In this document: one piece after another, positions 15,012 to 39,309 of the stretch
How the letters are laid out: each line of letters starts with the position of its first letter
How positions within the stretch are numbered: position 1 is the stretch's first letter
Source: the human T2T-CHM13v2.0 reference genome, Homo sapiens
Direction: 5' to 3' (one strand)
DNA length: 64,000 bases
Assembly (NCBI RefSeq): GCF_009914755.1
Contig: NC_060928.1
Made by a program: the position numbers and the translations under genes
Notes under the pieces: generated by a model
Database searches by the model: none
What the model saw: only the letters and a program-made list of their open reading frames with translations
What the model was told of the DNA's origin: nothing

Positions 15012-15130
15012 GTAAGCTTAAGAACCCGGGTCCCCAGTCAGAAACTGGCACAGAAACAATATAATTAAGTTAAAAATTTATTGACATTCTGATTGTGAAA
15101 AACTCTAATATTGCTTTTAATTTATAATAG

Positions 15131-15349
<219 letters not shown>

Positions 15350-15373
15350 TAGTAACTTTTGCAATCATTTCAG

Positions 15374-15467
15374 TTTCTTAACAACCCACCAGAAGAAGCA
15401 CCAAGAAAACCTGGCATATTTCCTAAAACAGTGAAAAATAAGCCCATTCCAGCCTTAAGAGTTGTGG
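15374..15467 (+). CDS. LARP7: LARP7 exon 6
   Basis: [31 protein letters not shown]; 94 nt; AG/GT. Confidence 0.96.
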
Positions 15468-15513
15468 GTGAGTATTTTTCAATATTTAAATAGGTGTAGT
15501 TGAAGTAAGATGA

Positions 15514-15906
<393 letters not shown>

Positions 15907-15956
15907 TAATTAGATAAAACTAATTAATTTTAATTAATTAGTTTTTAATTAATTAG

Positions 15957-16175
<219 letters not shown>

Positions 16176-16213
16176 TAAGTCTGTGGTTTAAATTCTGTCA
16201 TTGGCTTAACAAT

Positions 16214-16281
16214 CCATCACCATTGCTAAAGTGCAATTCCAATTTATATTCAACAGAGTTGCATATTAGCAACAGTAATGG
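16214..16281 (-). ncRNA. MIR367: pre-miR-367
   Basis: Hairpin; mature 3p AAUUGCACUUUAGCAAUGGUGA is the reverse complement of 16217-16238. Confidence 0.97.
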
Positions 16282-16343
16282 CCTGTAGCCAAGAACTGCA
16301 CACAGTGTGGGCGTTAACGCAATTGCTGATTAGGTAGGAACCA

Positions 16344-16411
16344 CCACACTCAAACATGGAAGCACTTATTTTTGTCATGTCACAGCAAGTGCCTCCATGT
16401 TAAAGTAGAGG
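16344..16411 (-). ncRNA. MIR302D: pre-miR-302d
   Basis: Hairpin; 3p UAAGUGCUUCCAUGUUUGAGUGU. Confidence 0.97.
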
Positions 16412-16522
16412 GGGCCCCTTAACAGATGTAAAAATACAAAATAAAGCTTAAATATATGAGCTGCGGTCAATACAATAAAGTTATTTTCTAAAAAAATAAT
16501 AAAAATGTAAAAGGAAGACTTA

Positions 16523-16591
16523 CCATCACCAAAACATGGAAGCACTTACTTCTTTAGTTTCAAAGCAAGTACATCCACGTTTAAGTGGTGG
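16523..16591 (-). ncRNA. MIR302A: pre-miR-302a
   Basis: Hairpin; 3p UAAGUGCUUCCAUGUUUUGGUGA. Confidence 0.97.
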
Positions 16592-16702
16592 GGAGCCCAG
16601 TCTTGGAAAAAGTTAGAATCCTTTAACCTGTAACAAGCTTAGTAACCTTAAAACACAATAACAAAAAAATTTTGTAACAAAAGGTGTGCTGGCTTGGAGA
16701 CA

Positions 16703-16770
16703 CCTCCACTGAAACATGGAAGCACTTACTTTTGTTTCACACAGCAGGTACCCCCATGTTAAAGCAAAGG
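16703..16770 (-). ncRNA. MIR302C: pre-miR-302c
   Basis: Hairpin; 3p UAAGUGCUUCCAUGUUUCAGUGG. Confidence 0.97.
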
Positions 16771-16824
16771 GGATCCCTTCAAATGAGGTTAGCGTGTTCT
16801 ATTTTGGAGAAGTAAATTGGATTC

Positions 16825-16897
16825 ACTCCTACTAAAACATGGAAGCACTTACTTTTAAAGTCACAGAAAGCACTTCCATGTTAAAGTTGAAGGGAGC
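16825..16897 (-). ncRNA. MIR302B: pre-miR-302b
   Basis: Hairpin; 3p UAAGUGCUUCCAUGUUUUAGUAG. Confidence 0.97.
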
Positions 16898-17045
16898 CCA
16901 CCCAACATACAACTTCTTTGGACTTCAGAGTATTTAGAGCTGAGGAGAAAGAAAACAAAATGGCATAACTTTAGAAGAAAAAAATTTTTTTACCTTCCTG
17001 AACTAGTTCCCAAAGATTCGTGTTCTCCTCCAGAAGGGTAAAAGG

Positions 17046-17430
17046 CAGGGACTTCAGCCACTTCTATTTATACTATTCTTAACTCTTGAATTCCTTTTGC
17101 CTTTTTATCTCAGAGAATCATTACAAGGGCCTTTTGTTATTTTAATGTATCAGCTCTCAGGGAATGTATGATCCTGGGTGGGTCTGGATCCTTTTTTTTT
17201 TTTTTGAAGTATACAGATGTCAATGTTAACAGCTAAAACCATTACCACAAGATATCTTCCTCTTAAAAAAAAAAAAGAAAAAGAAAAAGAAAATCTCCTA
17301 TCTGCTTGTTTGATGGCATAGATTAGGGTAACAATGAGTGCTCCCACTGAGCCGAGAAAGGCATTGTGTTTCTATCTGGAGGAACTCTGTTTGAAGAAGC
17401 ATCTACATGTTAAATGTATGTAAATAAATA
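17046..17430 (-). promoter_or_regulatory. miR-302 cluster promoter: TATA box, SOX sites, octamer variant
   Basis: TATAAATA (minus, 17065-17072); AACAATG 17330-17336; CATTGTG 17362-17368; ATGTAAAT 17418-17425. OCT4/SOX2 control of this cluster is established. Confidence 0.7.
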
Positions 17431-17800
17431 GATTGCTTCCACGGGGTGTTTTGTTCTACTTAGAAATTCTTTTTGATTCAAGTAAATACTAAGGAATGTT
17501 ATCTCTCAAATTGGAAGCAGTTTAACAAATCTTTAATCTCGCCCTTTTCCCACAGAGATGACTGATTTAGTAAATGTTACTAGTTAAGGAATTAATGCTA
17601 AAATTTTACTTTTATAAATTAAAATACTTCAGACACTCAAAAATTTAATTAGCAATCTTAAAACATTTAATCTGAATATTGGGGGAAGAGGAACTCCCTT
17701 AGCTTATTTTGCTAAATGTCTTTAGAACCTAGGAAATATTTTGAATATGTGTTTAAAGAAACAGGAAAGTTGGTGGAGGAGTTGCTCCAAGTCATTGTGA

Positions 17801-18037
<237 letters not shown>

Positions 18038-18794
18038 TGATAGTTTTGACAACATTATAATGTACTTATATATGTAAATGCTATCTCTGAGTTGTTATAA
18101 GATAAATTTTAATTTTAAAAAACTTGATTATTCTATTTCATTATTAGAACAATTCTTGATTTGTTAAGTTATCCAGATGTGTTACTTACTCTTGATATAA
18201 GAATATTTAAAAGGCTCATTTAAAACAATTTTTTAAATAACCTGAGTTTTCTCTAGTTTTCATCAAGCACATGAGTGCAGAGTTTGCAGACTGAGCAAGT
18301 TTGTAGGAATGAAGATTGTAGTTTCTCACCTGTTAATTTCATTCTGTAGTATGCACCACAAGCAGGAACAAGTTAAAGCAGAATTCCTATGAATTCAAAA
18401 TTAGGATACATTTTAAATTCTCATTTCTTGTAAAAATAAATGTTCACGTTTGAATAATAATGTATTTAAAACACAGTATCCTTTAACTTTTTTTTAACTT
18501 TATTGAGTAAAAATTTACTGTTCCTTTGTTCAGGGAGAAGGGGCAAATTTAAAGGCTTTACGAATGCTCTTCTAGCAGTAACAATTTGCATGTAGAATAA
18601 TAAAACTTTCTGAGTTTTATTCATGGTATTTTGAAATAAGCAGTATGACATATAACCTTTAATTGTTTACTTTAAAATTAAATACGTTTTAAATTATTTA
18701 AATCTGCCTCAGGAATTATTCTAAGGTAGTCCTCCTAAGTATTAAATTGTTGTTAAGTGTAAGAGATTTAGTCCTGGTCTTTTTCCTTTTCTAA

Positions 18795-18938
<144 letters not shown>

Positions 18939-21184
18939 TAGGGTATTTGTTCCTTTCTTCTCTTATTATTTCCCTGTGTGAAAATGTTTTGAATATGGAA
19001 GATAAAACAAATCAAGTTAGAATTTGTTTCCCTATGGTAAACTACTGTACAGTTTTAATTCCATGGTAACTCTTAGGTTTAATTTTGAAGCAAAATCTAG
19101 AGGCTGAAATTCCTCACTAAATCTATATGTAAGCACAGTTTAAACATCCTTCTCTATAGGAAAATTGTAACTTTTGCTTATTTTTATTGGCACTGATTTT
19201 TTTTGTATTACCTATGTGCTGATTATCTTTAAAATTTTAATTATAGAAAAGTAAAATATTTTTGAAAACCTCTTAAAATTTTTCACGCATGTGCCAAAAA
19301 ACCCATACTTCTATATAATTTACGCTACAAATTGCTGTACATACAGGTTTATAATTTTTTCGCTTTATACAGTCTATCTTCTGTAGCCTTTTATACCACA
19401 TTGGTAGCAATACTTTCTATTAGGGAAATTATATACTTTTAGGTGAGAGTACCATATCTTATTTACCCTTACCCTGCCTGTCACCCATTTAAGTGAATCC
19501 TTTTCTTTTTAAAAAGTGTGAAATGCTCTGTAACATACCACATATTTTAAGTATTTTCTTATACTGACATTCATCATCACTTAGTATGTTGTTTTGGTTT
19601 TACGTAGACTCATCAGTCACAGGTTTTAACTTGAATACCATTGAGGTGGTGGTTTGTTTATCTGTAAGCCCTCCTTATCTGAAATACTGTCCTACAATCC
19701 TATAGCTGTCACTAAGAAACAAATTTTGATCCTCTTTGCAATGTTGGTGAAGGATTTGGCCAAATCCAAATTGCTATTACCAGCTTGCATTTCAGGAGAC
19801 AGCTGAAAATTGAGGGATGTAAATACTGCTCTGATTAATCAGATTGCAAAACATTTAATACAAAAATTGCTCAGAGTTATTTCTAATCAACTCATTAAAT
19901 AACTTCTGTTATTTAAAGGGTAACTTTATCAATTACAAATTCATCATTTATGATCATCAAAATCATAAAATCAATCCCTGCATTAATCCAGTTAGTAGTT
20001 ACTTACATTTTGCTGAAACAAAAACTGAGCTGTGTTGGTTACAACTGTCTGTGACTTGCCCATGTGATTACCAGGCTAATTTGTCATTCTATGGGTTTTA
20101 AATTCTAAGGGTTTTAAATCAAGAGATTAGCCTGACATTATAATGGATATTTAGTATATATCTTTTGAGTTGTAGTAATTGAATATGCTCAAAAGTCAGT
20201 TATAAAACTCATTACTACTACTGAATGCATTCAAATTTCAACAATACTGAGTTTTTTACTTGCTTTATATCTAAATTTGGTACTAATTAACTAGGTAAAG
20301 AAGTGGGAAGGACTAGCAAGTGTAAGTCTCTGCAGTTTTTTTTTTTTTAATTTGGCAAACAGTTACTAAATGCCTGTTTTGTGATAGTTGCTGAGTGTTG
20401 GGATGAGTTAAGATCTAGTCCCTGGCTTCTAGAAACTCACAGATTTTATTATATATTTTTTATTATTAACTGATAAACTTTTCTTATTCTATGATGAAAT
20501 AATACTTCCAGGTATTGCTCAGTTCTTTCCGTAATTCAAACATCTAAAAATTCAACATCTGAAAGTAATGTAAATTAGTTATGTCTGAAATTTTAGGTCA
20601 AAACGAAAGGGAGGCAAGATAAATAAGATTTCCCCCCCCCCCCCCATTTAGCAATCTCCAGTTACTTCTTTAGCTTTATGAATGGAAGTTGATGAATTAG
20701 GAATTAGTGTAACATTCCTGCATAAATGCATTGTATACTCTGTAAAACCTGCTGTGAAAAAAAAAGTTGATTAAGAATGCAGGAATCTGGTTAATTTGCC
20801 CTCACAGCAGGCAGTGTAGGTAAAACTTTTCCTTGCTGGGTGACCACAACTTGTTTAGAAGAGGTTACTTAGGTATTTTTTTCAGAAAGTAAGAGCTCTT
20901 GAACAATGTGGAAATCTAGTATTTTAGGTTTGGTTAAACTGTTTTTCATGAGTTGTTATTAAAAGTTGAATGATTTGTACACATATTTTAAAGTCATAGT
21001 GATTTTCTACAGGTGAGTAAAAACAAACCTCCCTTAATCCTTTTTTTTTTTTTTAATTTTATTCCTTATACTACTCCCAGATGTGAACGCTTCCTGATTT
21101 GGGGGTTGGGGGACACTATTTCTGCTTTCTGCTCTATAAATCTGTTGTCCTTATAGAATATTCCCATTCTAGTGCAGATTTTAA

Positions 21185-21586
<402 letters not shown>

Positions 21587-21642
21587 TAGACGTTTCCTTT
21601 TTTTTTTGTTATCATCCTTATTGTGAGTAATATATTTTCTGA

Positions 21643-22246
<604 letters not shown>

Positions 22247-22405
22247 AAAACTAACTATTTTTTTTCTATTCTGTAATATGTGTAAAGTAGCATTAAATAT
22301 AATCAAAAACTGTCCTAGTTACTATTATTGAGAATGTAATGCCTTGAATATGGTTTTTCAGATATGTTCTTCTTTTCATCCATCAGAGTCTTTGTTTGTT
22401 TTTAA

Positions 22406-22522
<117 letters not shown>

Positions 22523-23034
22523 TAGACTAAACTTTCCTTGAACGTTTAATGCCAAAGTCAGTACTAGGTAGTCATAAAATGATCGTAGTTTTGCTATTAC
22601 CTAACAAAAATTTACTGAGTATATACTATGTTTTAGGTTGGGAGGGAAAAGTCATTTCTCTAGATTTCAAAATGTATGAAATTGAATTATTTTTCTCACA
22701 AGGATACATAATTTTAATTTAGATTTTTTCTTTTTAACCAGTGATATACTTTAACAGTCTTGATATCTGGCTGCTATGTCTTGTAGTTTGGTGATAAATG
22801 ATTATAGAAAGATTATCTTCATGGTAAAAACACAATGTATTCAGAATGTAGTTTATAAAGATAGGAGGCTCCATAGATAAGATGGAGAGACTTTATGCAT
22901 AGTGTTTCCTATAGCAACGATAAGCTTTATTCCTCTTTCTCTAAGATAGTAGGTAATACAAACAAGCTTAAATAATTTAAAGCAAGCCCCTCTTTCAGTA
23001 ATTTTATTTTTCTGTCACTTAAAATGATACTGGT

Positions 23035-23110
23035 CTGATCAGTAGTGGAATCACACCTGGGAATAGCCACTGCTTTCCAGCTTAGGCAACATAGCAAGAC
23101 CCTGTCTCTT
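23035..23110 (+). pseudogene. 7SL RNA 3' fragment in LARP7 intron 12
   Basis: CTGATCAGTAGTGG.ATC.C.CCTG.GAATAGCCACTGC...GCAACATAGC.AGACCC.GTCTCT. Confidence 0.8.
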
Positions 23111-24462
23111 AAAGTTTTAAAACAAATTATTATACATGTAAAGGTTAGTACATTTTAAAAGTGCCTGGAACAAAGTAGGGTACATAATACCTAATATTAA
23201 CTACAGTCATCAAAATTTAGAAATGCATATTATAAAAGTGTAAGAAAAATGAAAAAGATGAACTTCCTTTTTTGTTAGGTGAGCAAGTTAAAAGTCCTAT
23301 TTCCTGTAATCTAAGCTTGTTGATTTGGGGTCATATTTATACAAAAAAAAAAAAAAAACTAACTTAAAAAGCAAGTGTTTTTCATCAACCTTCTTCTACC
23401 ATTGCCCAGAATTTATCGTGATTTGTGGGGAGGTGTGAATTTTGTTTCCTTGAAAGGAGACTGAACTTGCTGTGGTGGGGAAGCCTCCTGTGCTTCCCAA
23501 GGATTCTTTCAGGGATATGAGGTGTTAATTTCAAAGCCAGTTTGAGATTATTCAAATGTTAAAATCACTAATCCAGAACTGGTAACTGAAGTGAAGTCAC
23601 TTTGTTAAATAATACCCTTCTAATTGGTGTGAAATTTCATTTAGATTTTATATATTTTTAAAACTAGGAATAAACCTTTTATTTTTCATTTTAAAAATTT
23701 AGAGCTCATCTTTGACTAGGAAGTTCTTAAATTGAGTTGGAACACAACTCAGTTATGACGTCAGGATTGTCGTTAACGCAATTTGTTAAGTAGCTATGGA
23801 AGTAGCCAGTTGACTCTTGTCGTGAAATGAAACGGAGGTTAACACAGAAAGTAAGTGCTGTGCAAAGCTTGTTGGAAAAAAGGAGTAGACCATAATTAGT
23901 TTAGCCAACTTGTTTGCTAGTTAATTCAGCTAATGATTTTTGAGTGCCTTGTGTTAGGCACCATTCTTGGAACCTGGGGTAAAGCCATGAATCACAAAGT
24001 CCCCTACTTTCATGAAGCTAACAGATAAACAATATAGTTTAGGTGATGACCAGTGCTAGACAGAAAAATAAAGTGTATTGCAGGAGAGCATTGTAACAGC
24101 TGAGGTTGTCTGGAAAACTCTCTGCAAAGGTTATGTTACAGCCAAGACCCATAAGGAAGTGAGCGAGTAAGCCCCAGTAAAGTTTAGAAGTATAGCTTTT
24201 CAGGCAGAAGCAAAGAAAATGCAGAGACCGGAAGGGAAGACTGTCAGGGACTAGAAGACCAGTGTAGTTGGAGTACTAGGAGCATCTTAGTAAGTAATGG
24301 AAATTGCTTAGAAAAAAAACTAGTAGAACATCAGTGAATCTGCCAAAAGGTTACATAAATACCTTACTGACCTGACAGCCCAATATTTCTACAATAGTGT
24401 TGTATTTGGCCCATAATTGAGTAAAAGTAAAAAAATTCTGGCTCTTAATATTCACATTATGG

Positions 24463-24760
24463 GGCCAGGCACGGTGGCTCATGCCTATAATCCCAGCACT
24501 TTAGGAGGCTGAGGCTGGTGGATCACTTGAGGTCAGGAGTTGGAGACCAGCCCGGCCAACATATTGAAACCCTGTCTACTAAAAATACAAAAATTAGCCA
24601 GCTGGCACGCACATGTAATCCCAGCTACTGGGGAGGCTGAGGCAAGAGAATTGCCTGAACCTAGGAAGTGGAGGTTGCAGTGAGCCAAGATGGCGCCACT
24701 GCACCACAGCCTGGGCAACAGAGCAAGACTCTGTCTCAAAAAAACGAAACTAAAATAATA
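24463..24760 (+). mobile_element. AluS
   Basis: Dimer. Confidence 0.9.
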
Positions 24761-25507
24761 TATTAAACACAAGTAAATTAAATTAGTGATGTATCACAAA
24801 AGATCAAGAAGATGAAGGAAAGGTCTGCCAAAAGGGATGTCTCCTATTCATTTTGCTAGCCTAAATCTTTGTAGTATGCCCTATGATTTTGAACACATTG
24901 GTAAAAATAGATAACAGCTACTAGAGACAGAATGAAGCTTATTTCTCTTTGGCTTTTAAAACATTTGAATTCTTTTCTGTAAAAATTACTGATACTCAGC
25001 AGGTAAAGGCAGAATTTATAAAATTTGTGAACAGCAGCATGGGTATGATAGAGTTCTAAACATCTTTGGATTTTAATTCACCTCAATGATGAATAATAGG
25101 CTTTTAGTTTAATCTAAAAGTGAATTCCTTCCAATTGCCATATGGTACCAAACACTTTAAAACTATTTAAATGAATACTCATTAGAATCTATATTTTTTA
25201 GAGAAAAAGATTTGCATTTACTCCAAAGTTTAATATTTTAACTTTTTTTTCTCAAGGAAGCTTTTGGAATATTTTAGACATTTTAAACAGTTTTCTTTTT
25301 TATTCTGTGTAATTTCATTTGCCTTCCTTAAAAATATTCAACAATTTATGTAAGGGTGTAAGAAATAGGAAATAGTAAATAGCCTTAATAACAGATTTGA
25401 TTTGTAATTGATTTGACCTGAGCATAATTATCTCATTTGTCATCTTCTCGCTGTTTTTAAAAAATTTCCATTTAAGCTGATAGCTGTGAAATTTTTTCTA
25501 GTCATAG

Positions 25508-25510
<3 letters not shown>

Positions 25511-25540
<30 letters not shown>
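25511..25540 (+). repeat. (TG)15 microsatellite
   Basis: Direct reading. Confidence 0.95.
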
Positions 25541-25544
<4 letters not shown>

Positions 25545-25586
25545 GAGTATCCAATACATTTTAATTTTTGATTTATTTCTCTTTAG

Positions 25587-25667
25587 TTAATCACCAAAGC
25601 TGAAAAGATTAGACTGGCAAAGACTCAACAAGCGAGTAAACATATAAGATTTTCTGAATATGATTGA
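25587..25667 (+). CDS. LARP7: LARP7 exon 13, coding end
   Basis: LITKAEKIRLAKTQQASKHIRFSEYD-stop. Exon lengths sum to 1749 nt, i.e. 582 aa plus stop. Confidence 0.96.
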   Translation, partial: LITKAEKIRLAKTQQASKHIRFSEYD

Positions 25668-25904
25668 AAAAAAAAACAGTTCACCTCTTAATACTTCACA
25701 AGATACTTGAGCTGTTCTTGGGAGATTCACTTTTATTATGGTAGCACTGCATAATTAATGTGTTTTTAATTAAAAGAAATATCTTTGTTCCTCAACTTGT
25801 AAATAAGACTTTTTTCTAGAGACAAATATGATGTATACCACAATTTTTCTTAAACATTTTATTTGTTGAAATTATCTTAGATGTCAGTGTCAGGTGATTT
25901 AGTA

Positions 25905-25910
25905 AATAAA
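25905..25910 (+). terminator. LARP7: LARP7 polyadenylation signal
   Basis: AATAAA about 240 nt after the stop, followed by GT/T-rich downstream sequence. Confidence 0.75.
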
Positions 25911-27131
25911 TGTGTTTTGAACATTATTTGGAAATGTGTTGATTTTGTTTTTATACTGTAAAAACAAAACATAATTGCAAAAATACTACATGAATATATA
26001 TAAAGTTTAGAGAAATGTTTAACACTAAACTCTCACTGTACTTAGTTTGTAACTTGCAATACCTTCAATACCTTTTCATGTTGATTTATACAGACATGTT
26101 TAATAGTTCATTCTATTCATTCCACTTTGCCTATCTGAGCTTCCATTGAACAATAGACCATAGGGATTGGTTCTAATTAAAATGTTAAATTTTTAAAAGA
26201 ATTGAGTTTCTTCATAAATCAAGTTAAATGTTTTGTTTTGGTTAGACAAAATAAAATGTATTAGGTGCTATTAGCACAAGAAGGAAAAAATAGAGGAATC
26301 AACCTTAGGCAGAACTGAGCTCTGTTATTTTATTCAGGAAAATCATGGGAGTGAAGCATTTAAAGCCTTCCCAGAATTGAACTTAACTGGGTCCATACAG
26401 GACTGTCATCTTAATCTCTTATCAAAATCTCAAGGAAGTACTCTGGACAGCCATGGAGTTAATTTCATTGGGCTACAAACCAAATCCTGAATCTGTCAGC
26501 TTTATCCAAAATTGAGGGTCTTATTTGGCCACCCCCTTCCATGGATTGTGGAGAGGCTACAATCAGGATCTGTTCACTTCTATAAGCCAAATATTTGAGG
26601 AGATTGGCCATCTCACTGGTTGGAGTGACAGCTAATTGCTACAAAGTTAGTGCCATGGCAAGTTCCCACTCACCCGCTCCATGAAGTTTTTCTCTTTCCA
26701 TGAAGGAAAGCTAGCATATGCATTTTCATGGAGGAGAAGGAAGATGTATAAATAGTTGCTAAGTCCTATTATGAGGATTATAACTAAAGATGCTCCAGTA
26801 GATCCAAAATATCAGGAGTAAATCAAGGTTTCAAGAATTCAATTGATGTCAGTGAGGAATGTCTTAAGGCAACATGGAGATGTTACCAAGTAAAATTTCA
26901 GAAATCCTCCCGTTAGCAGTTTGTAAAACTATCATTCAACAAATATTTATTGAATATCTGTGTTTGGACATTGTAACACTTGAGAAACATTGAACAAAAC
27001 AAAGATCCCTCACTCATGGAGTTTATATTCCAGCAGCAGATACAGACAGTAAACAAAAATAAGTAAATTACACAGTTTGTTAGAAAGTGACAAGTCCTAG
27101 GAAGAAAAAATGCAAGGGAGGAGAACCCCTA

Positions 27132-27440
27132 TTTATTCTTTCTTTCTTTCTTTTCTTTTCTTTTTTTTTTTTGAGACAGAGCCTCCAGGCTGGAGTGCAG
27201 TGGCATGATCTTGGCTCACTGCAACCTCCACCTCCTGGGTTCAAGCAATTCCTTGCCTCAGCCTCCCGCGTAGCTGGGACTACAGGCGCATGCCGCCACT
27301 CCTGGCTAATTTTTGTATTTTTAGTAGAGACGGGGTTTCACCATCTTGGCCAGGCTGGGTTTAAACTCCTGACCTCGTGATCCACCCTCCTCGGCCTCCC
27401 AAAGTGCTGGAATTACAGGCGTGAGCCACCACACCTGGCC
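27132..27440 (-). mobile_element. AluS
   Basis: Antisense dimer. Confidence 0.9.
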
Positions 27441-27656
27441 CTCACTTTGTTTCATAACATTTAATTAAGTCCTACAAAAAGCTTTTGCATTGACAACTAT
27501 CTTTTTAACTTCTCATTGAAGTAAATCATATGTACCAAAAAGTGTACCAAAGATCTATGAAATTTTACAAAAGGAGTGTACCTGGGTAACTGCACTCAAA
27601 CAGATTACTTCAAGGCCAAAGATGCATGTCGGGGGAAAAAAAGAAACACATTATTA

Positions 27657-29281
<1,625 letters not shown>

Positions 29282-30311
29282 GACTGAAGTGGAAAAAAGA
29301 TGTTCCAATTCAGTACATATGGTATTAGCCCATCTAGATAAACATATTAAGGAAAATATATCTCCTTTTAAGAAGCATATATCATATATGTGCTGTTATA
29401 TACATTAAACACATTTTAGAATAATATAGGAAATGAACAGTGGTCCTTTTTTTTTTCTTTTACCACATAGGATGTCCAAGTTTATAACAGTGGTTGCTTT
29501 GATGAAGAACTGAAGCAAAGATGGAAACTTTTTTTAATTTAGTATTTGTGTCCTGTTTGTATATTTTAATAAAAATGCATTATTTTATTTAATGTATTTT
29601 AAGTAGACAAATGGAAAGTTGAAGAATCTTTCAAATACAATCTTCATGTTTCATATGAAAGCCTTTGTTGACAACCACACAATAGGACGTTGGCCCTTGA
29701 ACTTAAGGTGCACTGTTGAAAAAGTGTATGAAAATTCTAGGAGGAACCGGCAACCCACTAAAATTGTTCGTTTTAGCTTAGAATCAGTCCATTTTTGCAG
29801 TCATCATTTTAGCCCTTAAAATAAAATTGGACTGGTAATTAGTATGCATATCTATTACTCAGGAAATCCAAACAGTTTTAAGAGAAAGGAATGAAAAAAA
29901 AAAAAACAGAAAAGAATGTTTGGGAGCTTTAGCTACCATTACTAAGGAAACCAACTCTATTTGCCCTCTCTAGTTTAAAAAAGAAAAAGCCACAAAGTTT
30001 GATAAATAGTAAGGAAACAAAGGCTGAATGAAGGAATGAAAATATACTTTTAAATTATCTCAAGTACTGACAAAAGTATAAAAATACAATGACCTGAAAA
30101 TTCTAGTTAGAAATTACTTTCCCTATCATTGCAATCACTCAACAAAAATTTATTGTGGAAAAAAACTAGAGAAAACATAAGAACAAAAAAAAGGCATCAA
30201 AATTCTGTACATACTATTACAGTTTTATAACTTCCTTTGTAAAAATTTTTCTTTCAAAAAGCATTCTCTATCCCCTCGAAGTCAGGTTTTTAATCTGTAA
30301 AACAGAGATAA

Positions 30312-31762
<1,451 letters not shown>

Positions 31763-31922
31763 GACACCTCAGCTATTTTTTAATATAGAGATTTCGATAA
31801 TGTCTAGTTTTACAGAGTGTGCAGAAAATTAACTTAGGAAATAGGTACGATGTGCTTAGTACAATATCTGGCATGTAGCAAGTGCTTTATAAATGTTCAT
31901 TGCTATAACAATGAAAATTGAA

Positions 31923-32105
31923 GCCGAGAGTGCTGGTACGTGCCTGTAGGCCCAGCTACTGTGGAGGCTGAGTCAGGAGAATTGGATGAGACCAGAAGTT
32001 TGAGGCTGTAGTCCTCAATGATCACATCTGTGAATACCCACTGCACTCCAGCCTGGGCAACAGAGCTTGATTGATCCTGCCTCAAAAGAAATAAAAATAA
32101 AAATA
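31923..32105 (+). mobile_element. FAM (fossil Alu monomer)
   Basis: Monomer retaining the 7SL-derived CTGTGAATA.CCACTGCACTCCAGCC. Confidence 0.75.
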
Positions 32106-32127
32106 AATTTTTTTAAAAGATGAGAAG

Positions 32128-37742
<5,615 letters not shown>

Positions 37743-37754
37743 CTTAAGAGATGA

Positions 37755-39309
<1,555 letters not shown>

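Noticed and set aside
16344-16897. CRISPR-like array of 17-bp direct repeats with unique spacers
   Set aside because: The repeats are miR-302 3p arms with paired 5p arms. The spacers are over 100 bp, the DNA is human and there are no cas genes.
25667-25676. A10 directly at the LARP7 stop as a possible transcript end
   Set aside because: It is a genomic A-run with no upstream AATAAA. It would more likely cause oligo-dT internal priming artefacts than mark a real poly(A) site.
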